Below are positions 25,063 through 35,990 of a DNA stretch of 64,000 nt, piece by piece. Under the pieces are notes generated by a model that saw nothing but the letters and a program-made list of their open reading frames with translations, searched no databases and was not told where the DNA came from. The stretch lies in NCBI GenBank assembly GCA_023920165.1, contig CP089279.1, positions 2,232,001 through 2,296,000 of the forward strand, given 5' to 3'. Positions within the stretch are counted from its first letter, which is position 1. Each line of letters opens with the position of its first letter. Origin of the DNA: Curvularia clavata (lineage: Eukaryota). A program made the position numbers and the translations under genes.

Positions 25063-27006
25063 ATGATCATGGACCAGGAAAAGTCCGAAGTCCCAGATGT
25101 TGGAAATCCAGCATGCAAACCCCAGGAACAAGAATTATCTCCATCAGAAAAGCAAGCAGCGCTATCGGGGGCGACGCCAACTGCATCTCCATCAGAAAAT
25201 CGAGGAGACAAATTCACACCCTACGAAACTAACAGATGGCCTGAGATCCCCTCCGGTCTCTCACCCGACCGGTGGATTCTCGTACAATGCGCTCCCGCCA
25301 ATTTCCAGCCCAGCCATTTCCTCTCCGTATGCCGTAATCTGCTGGAAAATCCCAATCTCACTGCCTCGCATCTCGCGCGCGCTGAGCTGTCTTATGCCAG
25401 CTTCACGGACGCGACTTTCAATCCAGAGGCCAAGACGCCGGAAGAGCTCGCCAGCATCATCAAGCACCTGCGGCCAGAATGTCGACCGCGGCTGCCCCAG
25501 GATGTGTTAGAAGAGTACAGACTCGATTATACGGTTGTGCGAAAACTGGTACCGCGAAATCCCAAGCTGGATGATTCGCTAATGCAGACATGTCATTTGT
25601 ATGTGTCAGAGCAAGACATCAAGATTTCGGTTGGTGCGGTGGGCGAAGACGGAGCGAAGAGAGAAGAGACGGCCAAAGCGGAGCGGTACATGGTTGTCTA
25701 CATTCCTCATGTTGACGACGACGCCAATGGTCATGGTGCCGACGCCATTCCTTACTACCATCCCAAAGTTCGCGCTTTGGTTATTTTGTACACATATTTT
25801 CCTGACGGGCTTGGAGCAGCGCCGACTCTGGATTCGTCTGGCTTGCTGTCCATCTACTATGACCTTTTCCCTTACCTTCCGCTTGACAACCGGCTTGAGC
25901 GCACGGCACTGAAACTGGCAGAAATCATACACAAGCACGCCCGAGGTCGACAGGCGGGATATAGGAAGCGTGTACATCATGATCAAATTATTGGGCAAAA
26001 GAGGTTCCAGGATACGTATGCGTATTTAAAAGGCAAGTACGCAAAGGACTTGATAAACGGATGGGTCGAGCAAACACCACCCGAGAAACACGTTTTTGAG
26101 GATTTGGGAATAGCTGCCTTTCTCGAAGAGCTCTGGGTAGATATGTACGGCGACATTGCTAACCGAGAAGAGACCAATGATACCTCAGTAGAAGCGGCAC
26201 ACAAAGAAGACGATGGAAGGTATAAAGCAGAACACAGGAAGAAAGTAGCTCAATCCAAATTCCCCGGCTTCGTAGACGTTGGCTGTGGCAACGGGTTGCT
26301 CGTCTCCATACTCAACACCCAGGGCTGGTCAGGCTGGGGCTTCGACGCCCGCCATAGGAAGACATGGGACACATTTCCTACCTCACATACTCAGAAGCTC
26401 AAAGAGATGCTCCTTGTTCCAGCCATCATCACTCAACAATCTTCTTCCACATCAGCCATGCCTACTACGCCCCAGCATAATGGCATCTTCCCCCCCAAAA
26501 CCTTCATAATCAGCAATCACGCGGACGAACTCACGCCTTGGACTCCGCTCCTTGCCTATCTTAATGATTCCCCCTTCATTGCCATACCCTGCTGCAGCCA
26601 CGATCTGGGCGGTACACGTTTCCGCGCACCACCGCATTCCAAACACCTTATTTCAGACCCGGCCACCGCGGCCGCGAAGAACAAGGATAAGCCGCCTTCG
26701 GCATATGCGAGTTTGTGCTCGTGGGTTTGCCATTTGGCAGAGGAGACTGGGTTCAAGGTGGAAAGAGAGCATCTGAGGATTCCTAGTACAAGGAACGTAG
26801 CTGTTCTAGGCAGGACGCGGGTGGTGCAAGAGGACGGAGATGGAGACAGAGATGGACAGACTGATCAGAAAGGGATGGAAGAGAAGCTGGGCTTCTTGAG
26901 GAACTTGGTAGAAAAGGAGATGGGCGGCATGAGTGTTGAGCAGGTTGGGGACATGTGGATGAAGAGCGGGGATGGATTAGTGAAGCCAGGAAAAGGCGGG
27001 CATTGA
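25063..27006 (+). CDS. TRM44: tRNA (uracil-O(2)-)-methyltransferase Trm44
   Basis: GYRKRVHHD, KHVFEDLGIAAFL, FVDVGCGNGLLV (SAM-binding), ISNHADELTPW, IPCCSHD and LRIPSTRN motifs. Intronless. Confidence 0.93.
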   Translation: MIMDQEKSEVPDVGNPACKPQEQELSPSEKQAALSGATPTASPSENRGDKFTPYETNRWPEIPSGLSPDRWILVQCAPANFQPSHFLSVCRNLLENPNLTASHLARAELSYASFTDATFNPEAKTPEELASIIKHLRPECRPRLPQDVLEEYRLDYTVVRKLVPRNPKLDDSLMQTCHLYVSEQDIKISVGAVGEDGAKREETAKAERYMVVYIPHVDDDANGHGADAIPYYHPKVRALVILYTYFPDGLGAAPTLDSSGLLSIYYDLFPYLPLDNRLERTALKLAEIIHKHARGRQAGYRKRVHHDQIIGQKRFQDTYAYLKGKYAKDLINGWVEQTPPEKHVFEDLGIAAFLEELWVDMYGDIANREETNDTSVEAAHKEDDGRYKAEHRKKVAQSKFPGFVDVGCGNGLLVSILNTQGWSGWGFDARHRKTWDTFPTSHTQKLKEMLLVPAIITQQSSSTSAMPTTPQHNGIFPPKTFIISNHADELTPWTPLLAYLNDSPFIAIPCCSHDLGGTRFRAPPHSKHLISDPATAAAKNKDKPPSAYASLCSWVCHLAEETGFKVEREHLRIPSTRNVAVLGRTRVVQEDGDGDRDGQTDQKGMEEKLGFLRNLVEKEMGGMSVEQVGDMWMKSGDGLVKPGKGGH

Positions 27007-27353
27007 GGAGACCAAGGAGCAGCGGGAAATTCAATACTGAGCCGATTTTCAGACCAAGCACAATACAATCGCTGCACAGAAAACACCGAAAGCTCTTCAC
27101 AAGGACTCCTCCCCACAAGAGCCTCGAAATAAATTGCAACAATGCACAAGACATGACAGAAGTCACCGAAGCGTATGGGGTATCATTGAGAACACGGTCA
27201 TCTAAGCCTGCGACATCGCAACTCAGACAAGCGATCCATTCGTAGTATCATCCGGTCATTTCGCCGTATCCGAACCCATTTTGTTATGCAGTAAAGCCCG
27301 ACATGAAGATGAAACGGTATCTAGCCCTACTCCGAAAAGCCCTCTTAACTGCC

Positions 27354-28180
27354 TTAAGAGGCAGGAGCAGCACCACGGCCACGTCCGAAGCCACCACGGA
27401 ACTCAGGCTTGAACTCACCGGGAGCACCGCCCTCGGTCTTCTCGCCCTGGTCACGGCGGCGGTACTCACCACGGTCACCGCCACGTCCACCACGGCCGCC
27501 ACCACGGCGCTCACGGTCGTCACCGCCGAGCATGCCCCGGGGAGGAGCAGAGCGCTGCTGCTTGATGTGGGTCTGGGGAACAATCTCGGCGGGGAGGTGG
27601 AGCCATTCACGGAGGTAGTCGAGACCCTCGGGGGTGAGGGTGTAGTAGTAGTACTGCCACGAGAAACGGGTCTTGAGGTATCCGCGGGAGGTCAAAGACT
27701 GGCCTACATGCTGTTAGAGAACTAGCGCGATGCCATTGTGTAGCCAATGTTACTGACAAGCTTTCTGTTTCAAGTTAGAAAGCGTATTTCAATGTAATTA
27801 GGGCATACGAACGATGACATAAAGGTTCTTGGTGTCAATATCTCCGTGCTTGGGAAGGTTGAAGTCCTTCTTCGCGACCAGAACGCCCTCTGTGGTGACC
27901 GTGTGTCAGCCTATCCTTATAAAGTGCAGCAAAGCCGCAAAAATGTATATTTGTGCCATAGCCATGGCTCGGGTACGCGGAATACTAACCTCGGAAGAGG
28001 TACCTGGAAAAACACTTGTTAGCATTGTGTTCAATTGAGTATATGGAATCACCGAGGGACAGGAATCAAGTCGGAATATTTCGTGCGAAACTCAGAGCTC
28101 GACTGCGCGGATTCTCGGGGACGGTTGCAAAGGTGGACTAACTCGTGGATCGCCTTGCGGTCGGCCTTGGGAATAAGCAT
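27354..28180 (-). CDS. RPS10: 40S ribosomal protein S10 (eS10). Exons 28180..28143, 28003..27990, 27889..27813, 27764..27758, 27703..27354
   Basis: Spliced product [83 protein letters not shown]...RGGFGRG. All four introns have GT, CTRAC and YAG. Confidence 0.97.
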
Positions 28181-28502
28181 CTTGACGGTGTTGCGAGAAG
28201 ACTCGGGGATGCTTGGACTGGTTGGTGAGGTCGATGAGTAGAAGTTCGTGGGACTACAGGACGCATTTCGATGGAAGGGTGCGCGGCTAGTGTAAGCGAG
28301 CGCTATGACCACCCGATGCCAAGCCCCGGCCCCGTCTTCAGTTGGCCGTCTGCTCTCACCACGAACTTTACCTCCACTACATTCGCAAACACATACAGAC
28401 GCACTGTAATAACAGCTGGTTGCACCTGTCCAGCGACTCACAAAATATTGCACTCCGATAACACTGCGACTCACCGTGTCACATCTACGAGAAGCCATCA
28501 TC

Positions 28503-29321
28503 ATGAGCGCCGCCACCGAGTCTCCCGTCACGGTCATCGTCAACAGCATCCGTGGGCAGAACATCGCCTTTGCCACCCAGAAAAGTGCGACGCTCAGTTC
28601 CATCTACGACACACTCTACGAACGCGCGCCATGGATACAGAACTCGTCTTACATTCTCACTACAAACTCGCGCCGTTCGGTCTGCCATGATGAGGCACCT
28701 ATCTCATCACTACTCTCCTCACCAGCCGACACCTTTCTCTCACTGCGCCTGACTGTACCTTTGTGTGGTGGAAAAGGAGGTTTTGGATCCATCTTGCGCG
28801 CTCAAGGTGGCCGTATGTCATCGCGCAAGAAGAAGCAGGGTGAGACGAACGGATCCTCTCGCAACCTTGACGGACGGCGCCTGCGCACAGTTACTGAAGC
28901 TAAGGCGCTTGCCGAGTATCTTGCTATCAAACCTGAGATGGAGCAGAGAGAAAAGGACGAACGACGAAAGAAATTGGAAGACATTGTCGCTAGTACCGAG
29001 CGAAAGCAGGAAGAGCTGCAAAACAGTAGAGGCACAGCGCGTCTGGATGGACGTTGGGTTGAGGACAAAGAGGAGGCAGAGAACAAGACTCGAGAGGCTA
29101 TCGAGAAGATGCTCATGGCACAAAGGGAGAGCTCAGAAGAGGAAGAAGAAGTAGAGACTGAGCCACAAGCATCCGCATCAAGACCTGTTCAACAGCGGAC
29201 GATGTTTGGTTGGGACGATGAGGACGACGAATTTATGAGCGATAGTGAAGAAGATGACGATGTTTCGGAAGAGGATGCAAAACCTGTTATTGAGGGCAAA
29301 GGAAAAGCCCGGGCTGCTTAA
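28503..29321 (+). CDS. SDE2: Sde2 splicing/replication-stress factor (N-terminal ubiquitin fold, GG|KGG processing site)
   Basis: LRLTVPLCGGKGGFGSILRAQGGRMS...SRNLDGRRLRTV signature and an acidic C-terminus. Confidence 0.92.
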   Translation: MSAATESPVTVIVNSIRGQNIAFATQKSATLSSIYDTLYERAPWIQNSSYILTTNSRRSVCHDEAPISSLLSSPADTFLSLRLTVPLCGGKGGFGSILRAQGGRMSSRKKKQGETNGSSRNLDGRRLRTVTEAKALAEYLAIKPEMEQREKDERRKKLEDIVASTERKQEELQNSRGTARLDGRWVEDKEEAENKTREAIEKMLMAQRESSEEEEEVETEPQASASRPVQQRTMFGWDDEDDEFMSDSEEDDDVSEEDAKPVIEGKGKARAA

Positions 29322-29908
29322 ACTGCTTTGCAGATTCGCAACATCATTTGATGCAATTCGATTCCTACATGTATAACACGGCGTTCGGAGACTCAACTAT
29401 GTTTTGTTCATAGATACCCAGTACTACAGAAATTCGAGATAATATTTACACCGTACTTTTCCTGACTCTTTCTCACGGGTACTCTGCATGCAACGGTTCG
29501 AGGATTACGGAACTTGTGCTATGTAACTCTTTCCGCTTCAGATTACTTTTTTAATGGAACTTGGCCTAGCCGAGCCACCGTGTCAGTCATAGCCATGACC
29601 AAGGCCTTACACAAGTGTTTCTGTAACCTCCCCCACATCATGTTAATCACAAAACAGCAAGCGAGATCGCCGACGTGTTTCCTGAGTATTTTGGCATACA
29701 GTCATCACTACACCAGGAGCTCGGTATTAGCCGACGGATAACCTGCATGTCGGAGCGTGGGATGGCACCGGACTACTGTTATCGGCTCTCCGACCCGCCC
29801 CTTGTCCACAATCTGGGGGCCTATCAGGCCATGCCATCCCGACTTCCATGGCGACCCGGATTGTGATGTCTCCCTTTACTCTCCCTCCTCCTTCTCATCT
29901 ACTACAAA

Positions 29909-31470
29909 ATGACACTGTTAGCTAGTAAAGCTCCTGCTGTTCTTCGCAATGCATGCAGACGCTACCCCGCTTCAAACACAGCACCGGGTGTAAGTGTGGG
30001 GTACAAACATGCGAGGAGTTTCACCAATTCGCCACGATGGCAGATCAGGACGAAGGAGATGACGGATGATATGATGAGAGAGTTGAAAGTAAATCAATCA
30101 AGACTAATGGATGACCTACATCATACGTGCCAATGGGGTACAGGCGAGCGGTGGGGCGAGTAAGTGCTTGAAACAGTCATGGTTTAGAGCAGACTGACGA
30201 TTACAGAAAGCCAACAGAAACAGGAATGAGTCGGCTGGCACTCTCTGATGCTGACAAGGCTGCACGCGACTGGTTTGTTCAGACGACTAAAGAGCTTGGT
30301 TGCGAAGTTACAGTGGACCAGATGGGCAATACATTCGCAGTTCGACCAGGACTGAGGAATGACAAGCCACCGACATTTGTCGGCAGCCATCTTGACACCC
30401 AGCCCACAGGTGGACGATATGATGGGATCCTCGGTGTTACTGCCGGTGTCGAAATGTTGAGAGTGCTTGCCGAGAACTGGACCGAGACCGAGTATCCTGT
30501 TGGCGTTGTGAACTGGACCAATGAAGAAGGCGCTCGATTTCCAATGTCGATGGTTTCGAGTGGCGTATGGGCAGGATCTATACCCCTGGAGACTGCGCAT
30601 AGCCTTCGTGAAGTCCACCCAGGAAAGGCGACCATGAGGTCCGAACTTGAACGTATCGGATACCTAGGTAATACGCCAGCTAGTTATGAAGCAATGCCTA
30701 TGGCTGCGCATTTCGAGCTACATATTGAGCAAGGGCCACTGCTAGAAATGTCAAACAAAAAAATTGGAGTGGTCACCTCAGTGCAGGCATACAAATGGTT
30801 CACGATCAAAGTAAAGGGACGAGACACACACACGGGAACCACTGATCTCAAATCGCGAGCAGATGCCTTGCTGACATCGAGCAAGATGATTTTGCATTCT
30901 CATCGACTTGCCACTGCGAACTCTGCACTAGCATCGACTGGTATATTGAACCTGAAGCCCGGATCTACCAACACGGTCCCAGGAGAAGTCACTTTCAGTC
31001 TAGACATTCGTGCTCCACAAGATGAAACGGTCGAGAAGATGAAGGAAATGATCCTCCGCGACTTTCCAAAGATTGCCGCGGGCGAGGATGTCGATGGCTC
31101 CAACTATGGCTGCACATCTGCTCTACCGTTGACTGTAGAGATAGTCGAGGACTTTGACAGCCCCGCAACAAAGTTCCACATGGATTGTATCAGCTCCGTA
31201 CGCCAATCCGCGAACAGCATTGTTGGTTCCAATCTCACGATGGAGATGACATCCGGCGCTGGGCATGACAGTGTATATGCAAGTAAACGCTGCCCCACGA
31301 GCATGATTTTTGTCCCGTGCAGAGAAGGTGTGAGCCACAACCCCCGAGAATTCTGCAAGGAAGAAGATTGCGCTTTGGGTGCACAAGTCTTGCTGCAAAG
31401 TGTTGTTCGGTTTGACCGTATGAGAGACGAGAGAAGGGTGTCTTGGAAACAAGAGCCGTACACTCTGTAA
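29909..31470 (+). CDS. M20-family N-carbamoyl-amino acid amidohydrolase / beta-ureidopropionase (Pyd3-like). Exons 29909..30159, 30207..31470
   Basis: GSHLDTQPTGGRYDGILGV, NWTNEEGARF, HFELHIEQGP, SGAGHD and SHNPRE metal-binding motifs. Intron GTAAGT...CTGAC...CAG. Confidence 0.92.
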
Positions 31471-32415
31471 AGTAAAGCGGTTGACAAGTACGAGCACTAG
31501 ACTGTATCATATTTGTTTGGTGGGTAAAAACTACTCTTCGGTCACTCCATTTATGGTTGTCTTTCGCTTACTTGCTTCGTACAATCAGAGTGGTATTTGT
31601 CGATACATCCTTTGTCGCTTCTTGTTCAAAAAGGTCTCAGGCACTACACTATGACGATCGTGCATTATATGCGGGCAACGATGAAACAAACCACTTTATA
31701 CAAAACTTGTGTGATTAGTAGAAATATTGAGGCTACACAAGTGCAGCTACCTATGCCTATGCGCCCAGTCTCAAGTGAGTGGGGGTTTCGATGGTGTTTG
31801 TCTTCGTAGCTCCTGTAAAGTAATACATTTATAAGGACGAAACTTCAGAAACAGTAGTCCAGACCTTTCCATCGGATCCCTGACCTATATAACAGAAGGC
31901 CAGTTCAGTATGTACATGGTGAGCCATAGGGTCGGAGACTCAAAAGAAGAGCGCAAAAGATCTAACCAAGCTGCTTGCTAGGCTTTACATGTATGCGCGA
32001 CAGCTCTCCATACGGGTACTCTTGCATCCCAATCACTCGTTTATTTTAGATCCATCGGCTATGACAACTATGTACAGAGTCTCAGAAGAAACTAGGAAAA
32101 AGCAAGCCTCGCGATTTCACCCGAGACCGCTACCTGGGCCTAGTTCGCCAGTACGCCTTCGTCAGGCAAAATTCAGCCCATTCATGCGCTATGCTGCAAG
32201 AGTGTCGCGGATTCAAAAAGTTTATTGGTGGCGGTGGGCCAGACCAATGTGGTACAACCATGTACTGTTGCGCAGTAAGGCTGAAGCGCCAGTTCAGCTC
32301 ATGACCAGGGGTAGCGGAAGGCAGTCACAGTACCAGTAGGCACTGCCCCCCCTCATCCTAAAACAATATAGAATTCATTGCAGTTAGGTATCGCAAAAGT
32401 CAATTATTCATCGCG

Positions 32416-33513
32416 ATGTCACCAAAATTTACTGTCTTCTCGTTGCTCCTAGCAGGACTGGCCACTGCAAAGGACATCCCACGAATGCCCAAAGAGACAC
32501 TCGCATCACCCACAGTTCCTTTAACGAGTGCCATCACTCCTGCTCCCTATGTAAACGGCAATCTTTTCAAAAGACTCATAGCCACATGTGGGTTTATTCG
32601 TGGCGACTCGGGTACGCACAGTCCTTTTCATAGACCTGTCTCTAGCAATCCAAAGCTTACATCTGCAATAGCGTCACCAGTGACTTGTGGAGCCGGTTAC
32701 AACTGCGTTACTACTATTAGGACTGCGCTTGGATTTGCGTGCTGTAACAACGTAGAATGTTCCAATAACTGGGGTGCGTGCCGTGCATACGGTCAAACAG
32801 ACTGTATGGGCTACGATCTCGATGAGGGAACCTGTTCATCGATTCTTGGATCTATACTTCAGTGGTCAGTATTCCTGTTATTTTTCATACTCTTCTACTT
32901 ACTTAAAAGTATTAGCTCTCAAGAAGCGCCCTATTGTTATCAATATGCGCTTAGCACAGGTCGTGGGGCTACAGATACTTACTTTTCCCTGGCGTGTGGA
33001 ACGACCTCAGAAGATGTTCTCATGCTAGCGACTGCAACAAACGCAGCAAAGCAGACAGCAGCTGCCAACCCGAACCCAGGAAACGACGTCTCAGAGGCAC
33101 TTCCGGGCTTTCCGTCCATCCCGGGCATCTCATCTTCGACGGGTACAGCCAAACAGCCTAGCGACCCCTCATCAACTGGCTCAAGTGGAAGCACTTTGAG
33201 CACTAAGTGGATCGTTATAATCTCCGTGGTTGGGGTAGTTGTACTTGCTGTGTGCGTTGGAGTCGGATGCTGCTGTTATCGAACGATAAGGCCAAGACTC
33301 GTACGCGACATTGATCCGTCTAAAATACCTCAGGCGAACTACCAGCCTACTGTTACGGCATCGGTAGCTCAATCAGTATCTTCATGGAGTAGAGGAACGC
33401 CTTTGCACGCGAACCCCAATGTACCTCCATCCGAACCTGGTAGTGAATGGGGTGGGCGGAGCATGAATGGGGCACCACGGAGGCCAATGACGACTATGTA
33501 CGAGCAAGATTGA
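32416..33513 (+). CDS. Type I membrane protein with signal peptide, Cys-rich ectodomain, Ser/Thr linker and one TM helix. Exons 32416..32611, 32672..32864, 32916..33513
   Basis: Signal peptide MSPKFTVFSLLLAGLATA and LFKR (Kex2-like) site. 12 ectodomain Cys after splicing. TM WIVIISVVGVVVLAVCVGVG followed by CCCY. Two in-frame introns of 60 and 51 nt. Confidence 0.85.
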   Translation: MSPKFTVFSLLLAGLATAKDIPRMPKETLASPTVPLTSAITPAPYVNGNLFKRLIATCGFIRGDSGTHSPFHRPVSSNPKLTSAIASPVTCGAGYNCVTTIRTALGFACCNNVECSNNWGACRAYGQTDCMGYDLDEGTCSSILGSILQWSVFLLFFILFYLLKSISSQEAPYCYQYALSTGRGATDTYFSLACGTTSEDVLMLATATNAAKQTAAANPNPGNDVSEALPGFPSIPGISSSTGTAKQPSDPSSTGSSGSTLSTKWIVIISVVGVVVLAVCVGVGCCCYRTIRPRLVRDIDPSKIPQANYQPTVTASVAQSVSSWSRGTPLHANPNVPPSEPGSEWGGRSMNGAPRRPMTTMYEQD

Positions 33514-33680
33514 GTTTGGTTTTGGACCTTTATGTTAAAGCGTAACCCATTTATGAGCAATGTTTACTATACCATGTTTTGTTGTTCACTTTGCACGAGC
33601 CGGAGGATAGAGAGCTGTACTATGTACAATAAATGTATTCATTTCAAGGAGAAACTCAGAAAACCCATTACATTCAAGAG

Positions 33681-35503
33681 TCATACCTTCGCTAGCCACT
33701 TCTCCCTCGTTGCCTTCAGCCTCTTTACTTGGTCTGCCTTGAACGCCACAGTCCAATGATTCCTGTTCTCAATCAAGCCAGGAAAGTCGCACTTGATATT
33801 CTCATCTCCGCCACGCGACAGCCCAATCTCGTTTACGAAATTCCATTCCCGATTACAGAGTTGACGGCACTGGCACGGGACCCACTTTGCAAAGCGCTTC
33901 AGCTTTTCCCGCTCGTCATTATCGACTTTCTTCGCTGACAACTCGAGTTTTGTTTCGATATGAAGCATGTACAGCACAGCCATGACGAATGGTTTGCGAT
34001 GGATGGATTCGTTGAGGTCTCGCTTATCACGGAGAAGGCGTGACCAAGCCTCTGCAACGTGGATCTTACTGGGGGCTCGTTCAGTTCCAAATTGTTTGCA
34101 GAATGACTCAACTTTGACAAAGTGTTAGATCAATCGAAGAGAGAATCAGTATTGAATCGAGGCTGTTACGTACAGGTCACTTTCCCGTCTTTGGGTTTGC
34201 AGTCGTGAAATATCCTTTCGTACTTATAGTAAGAATCGAGCGTAAGATATTGCCAGTATGACTGGGCATCTGAGTTGATGTACATCGGTCCTTTGTATAG
34301 AGAATAGAATTCCTTTGTCGGGGTTGATTTCATATGTGGAACGGAAGACGAAGATTGCTCTACCAAAGCATGAAAGTCAGCATTAGAACTACGGACTTGA
34401 CGAGCTATGGACACAACCGTCTCTCAGGTGAAATCATTGACGGCAGCAAGGGTCAACACACTCTGCTCATTTCCTGAGGCAATAACGCAGCGTTCTATCA
34501 TCCTTTTGACGTCCGGATCATTGCCGTATGTTTCAGTGCGTGATGCAATGACGTCCTTCTTGCTCGCCTCATCTAGAAGCACCGCGGCAATATCAGTGGG
34601 GTTGAAGCGAAAATACCCATCCCGTTTTGCTAGTTCCAGATTCGATTCGTAAAATGTATCAGCAGTCCTCTGGGTGTCAGAGGCGATCCTAACAATGCTT
34701 TTCGCTACATCCGTGGCTTTTTTACCAAAGTCTTCCAGTGCTGGTCTTCCTGTACCAATTGAGATGAGGACTCGGATTTGCTTGTCAATGTGAGTTCCAG
34801 GCTTGTGAAATTGCACTTTTGCCTCGACATAGAGCTCCCCGACGGGATTGTTGTAGCCAAGGCCTGCATCGAGAAAGCAGCGCGGCTCGCCACCATGTGT
34901 AATGTGCATCGGTGCGAAAAAAGATGTCGCCGCTGAAGTTGCACGCGCAACTTCCCAGATTCGGACCTCGTTATAGAAGTCTGACTGTTCACCGTCTTTT
35001 TTGTAATCGGTGAAACGAATCGGTGTTGCACTTTCTGCTGTGAGAGCGATCACGACACTGGTGGCTAGTTAGCAAGTCAAGTGCCGACCTTCGGGACGTT
35101 CTTACGTCTTGCAGGCTGACTCCTTTGCTCCCCGGAAACGATCATCTGAAGTCTTTCCCGCATCCTTGATCACCTCTTTGATGGCCTGTTCCAGCTTCTC
35201 GGTCTTGTATCGCGGCTTGACATTGCCATTGCGCACTTTGAAAGGCAGCATTCTCTTATATTTCTGGTCAAAAACAACGTCCATCAGCCGTATGTAAGCT
35301 TTAATACACTGATCAACTGTCATTTCAAGCCGCCCTAGCATGATGGCAATCAAGCCTCCCGTACTTGTGCCGCAGATCATGTCGAAATAATCGCACGGCT
35401 TCGGGCTTCCGACATAGGAGAGGAGCTTTCTCAGCATGTAGAGCGAGGCTAAACCACGTACGCCTCCTCCATCCAGGCTGAGAAGTCGAAGATCACTAGA
35501 CAT
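33681..35503 (-). CDS. Patatin-like phospholipase with a C-terminal EH-like domain (551 aa). Exons 35503..35106, 35057..34462, 34404..34174, 34111..33681
   Basis: LLSLDGGGVRG, CGTSTGG, RATSAA and FLDAGLGYNNP catalytic motifs. Three introns (GTAAGA..CAG, GTGTGT..TAG, GTACGT..AAG) join four ORF fragments into one 1656-nt frame. Confidence 0.85.
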
Positions 35504-35990
35504 TTTTTGTTCAGCAGGCTAGTGCTGTAGGTGCGAGTCGTGCTTGGGATGTAGACAGGTATGTGATAATGCGATGAGGAATACGGGAGGATAGAGGCAA
35601 GTTGAACCAGAATCAATAAGTGTTACTTGGTGAGGCATCAGCAGCCTCGAGAAGCGCGTCCAGGAAAACTATGCACCAATAGTTAGTTGATACTTTATCA
35701 CAATATGCAGCCTTCAGCACAGCCTGGGGCCCGAGACTCAGCCCACGGCAGGCTGTGGAAAATAAAGTTAGCCGTCAAAGCCTATGGTATGACAATTCTC
35801 CGTACTAGATTGCATGTGGCTGGTCGCGACACAAGGGGCAGTGCTGGCTTTGCTTGGCAGCTGAACAATGAACAATCACAGGGTCCCAAAGATTCAGCCT
35901 TGCGAGGGGTGCGAAAAAGCATGTTTGCCTCTTTCTGCCACAAAGCAAGCTTTCGAGAGTAGCATAAGGCGTCTCAGGGGAGCTTGCTGT

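Noticed and set aside
27704..27812. Possible stwintron (intron nested in a donor) in RPS10
   Set aside because: Removing an inner intron from GTATGC leaves a poor outer donor (GTTCAA) and would delete the conserved KAC codons with a frameshift. The micro-exon model fits the protein.
34424..35503. Patatin as a truncated NLR pseudogene
   Set aside because: The stop at 34424 lies inside a plausible 57-nt intron, and the frame continues cleanly to 33681. No NB-ARC/NACHT remnants were seen.
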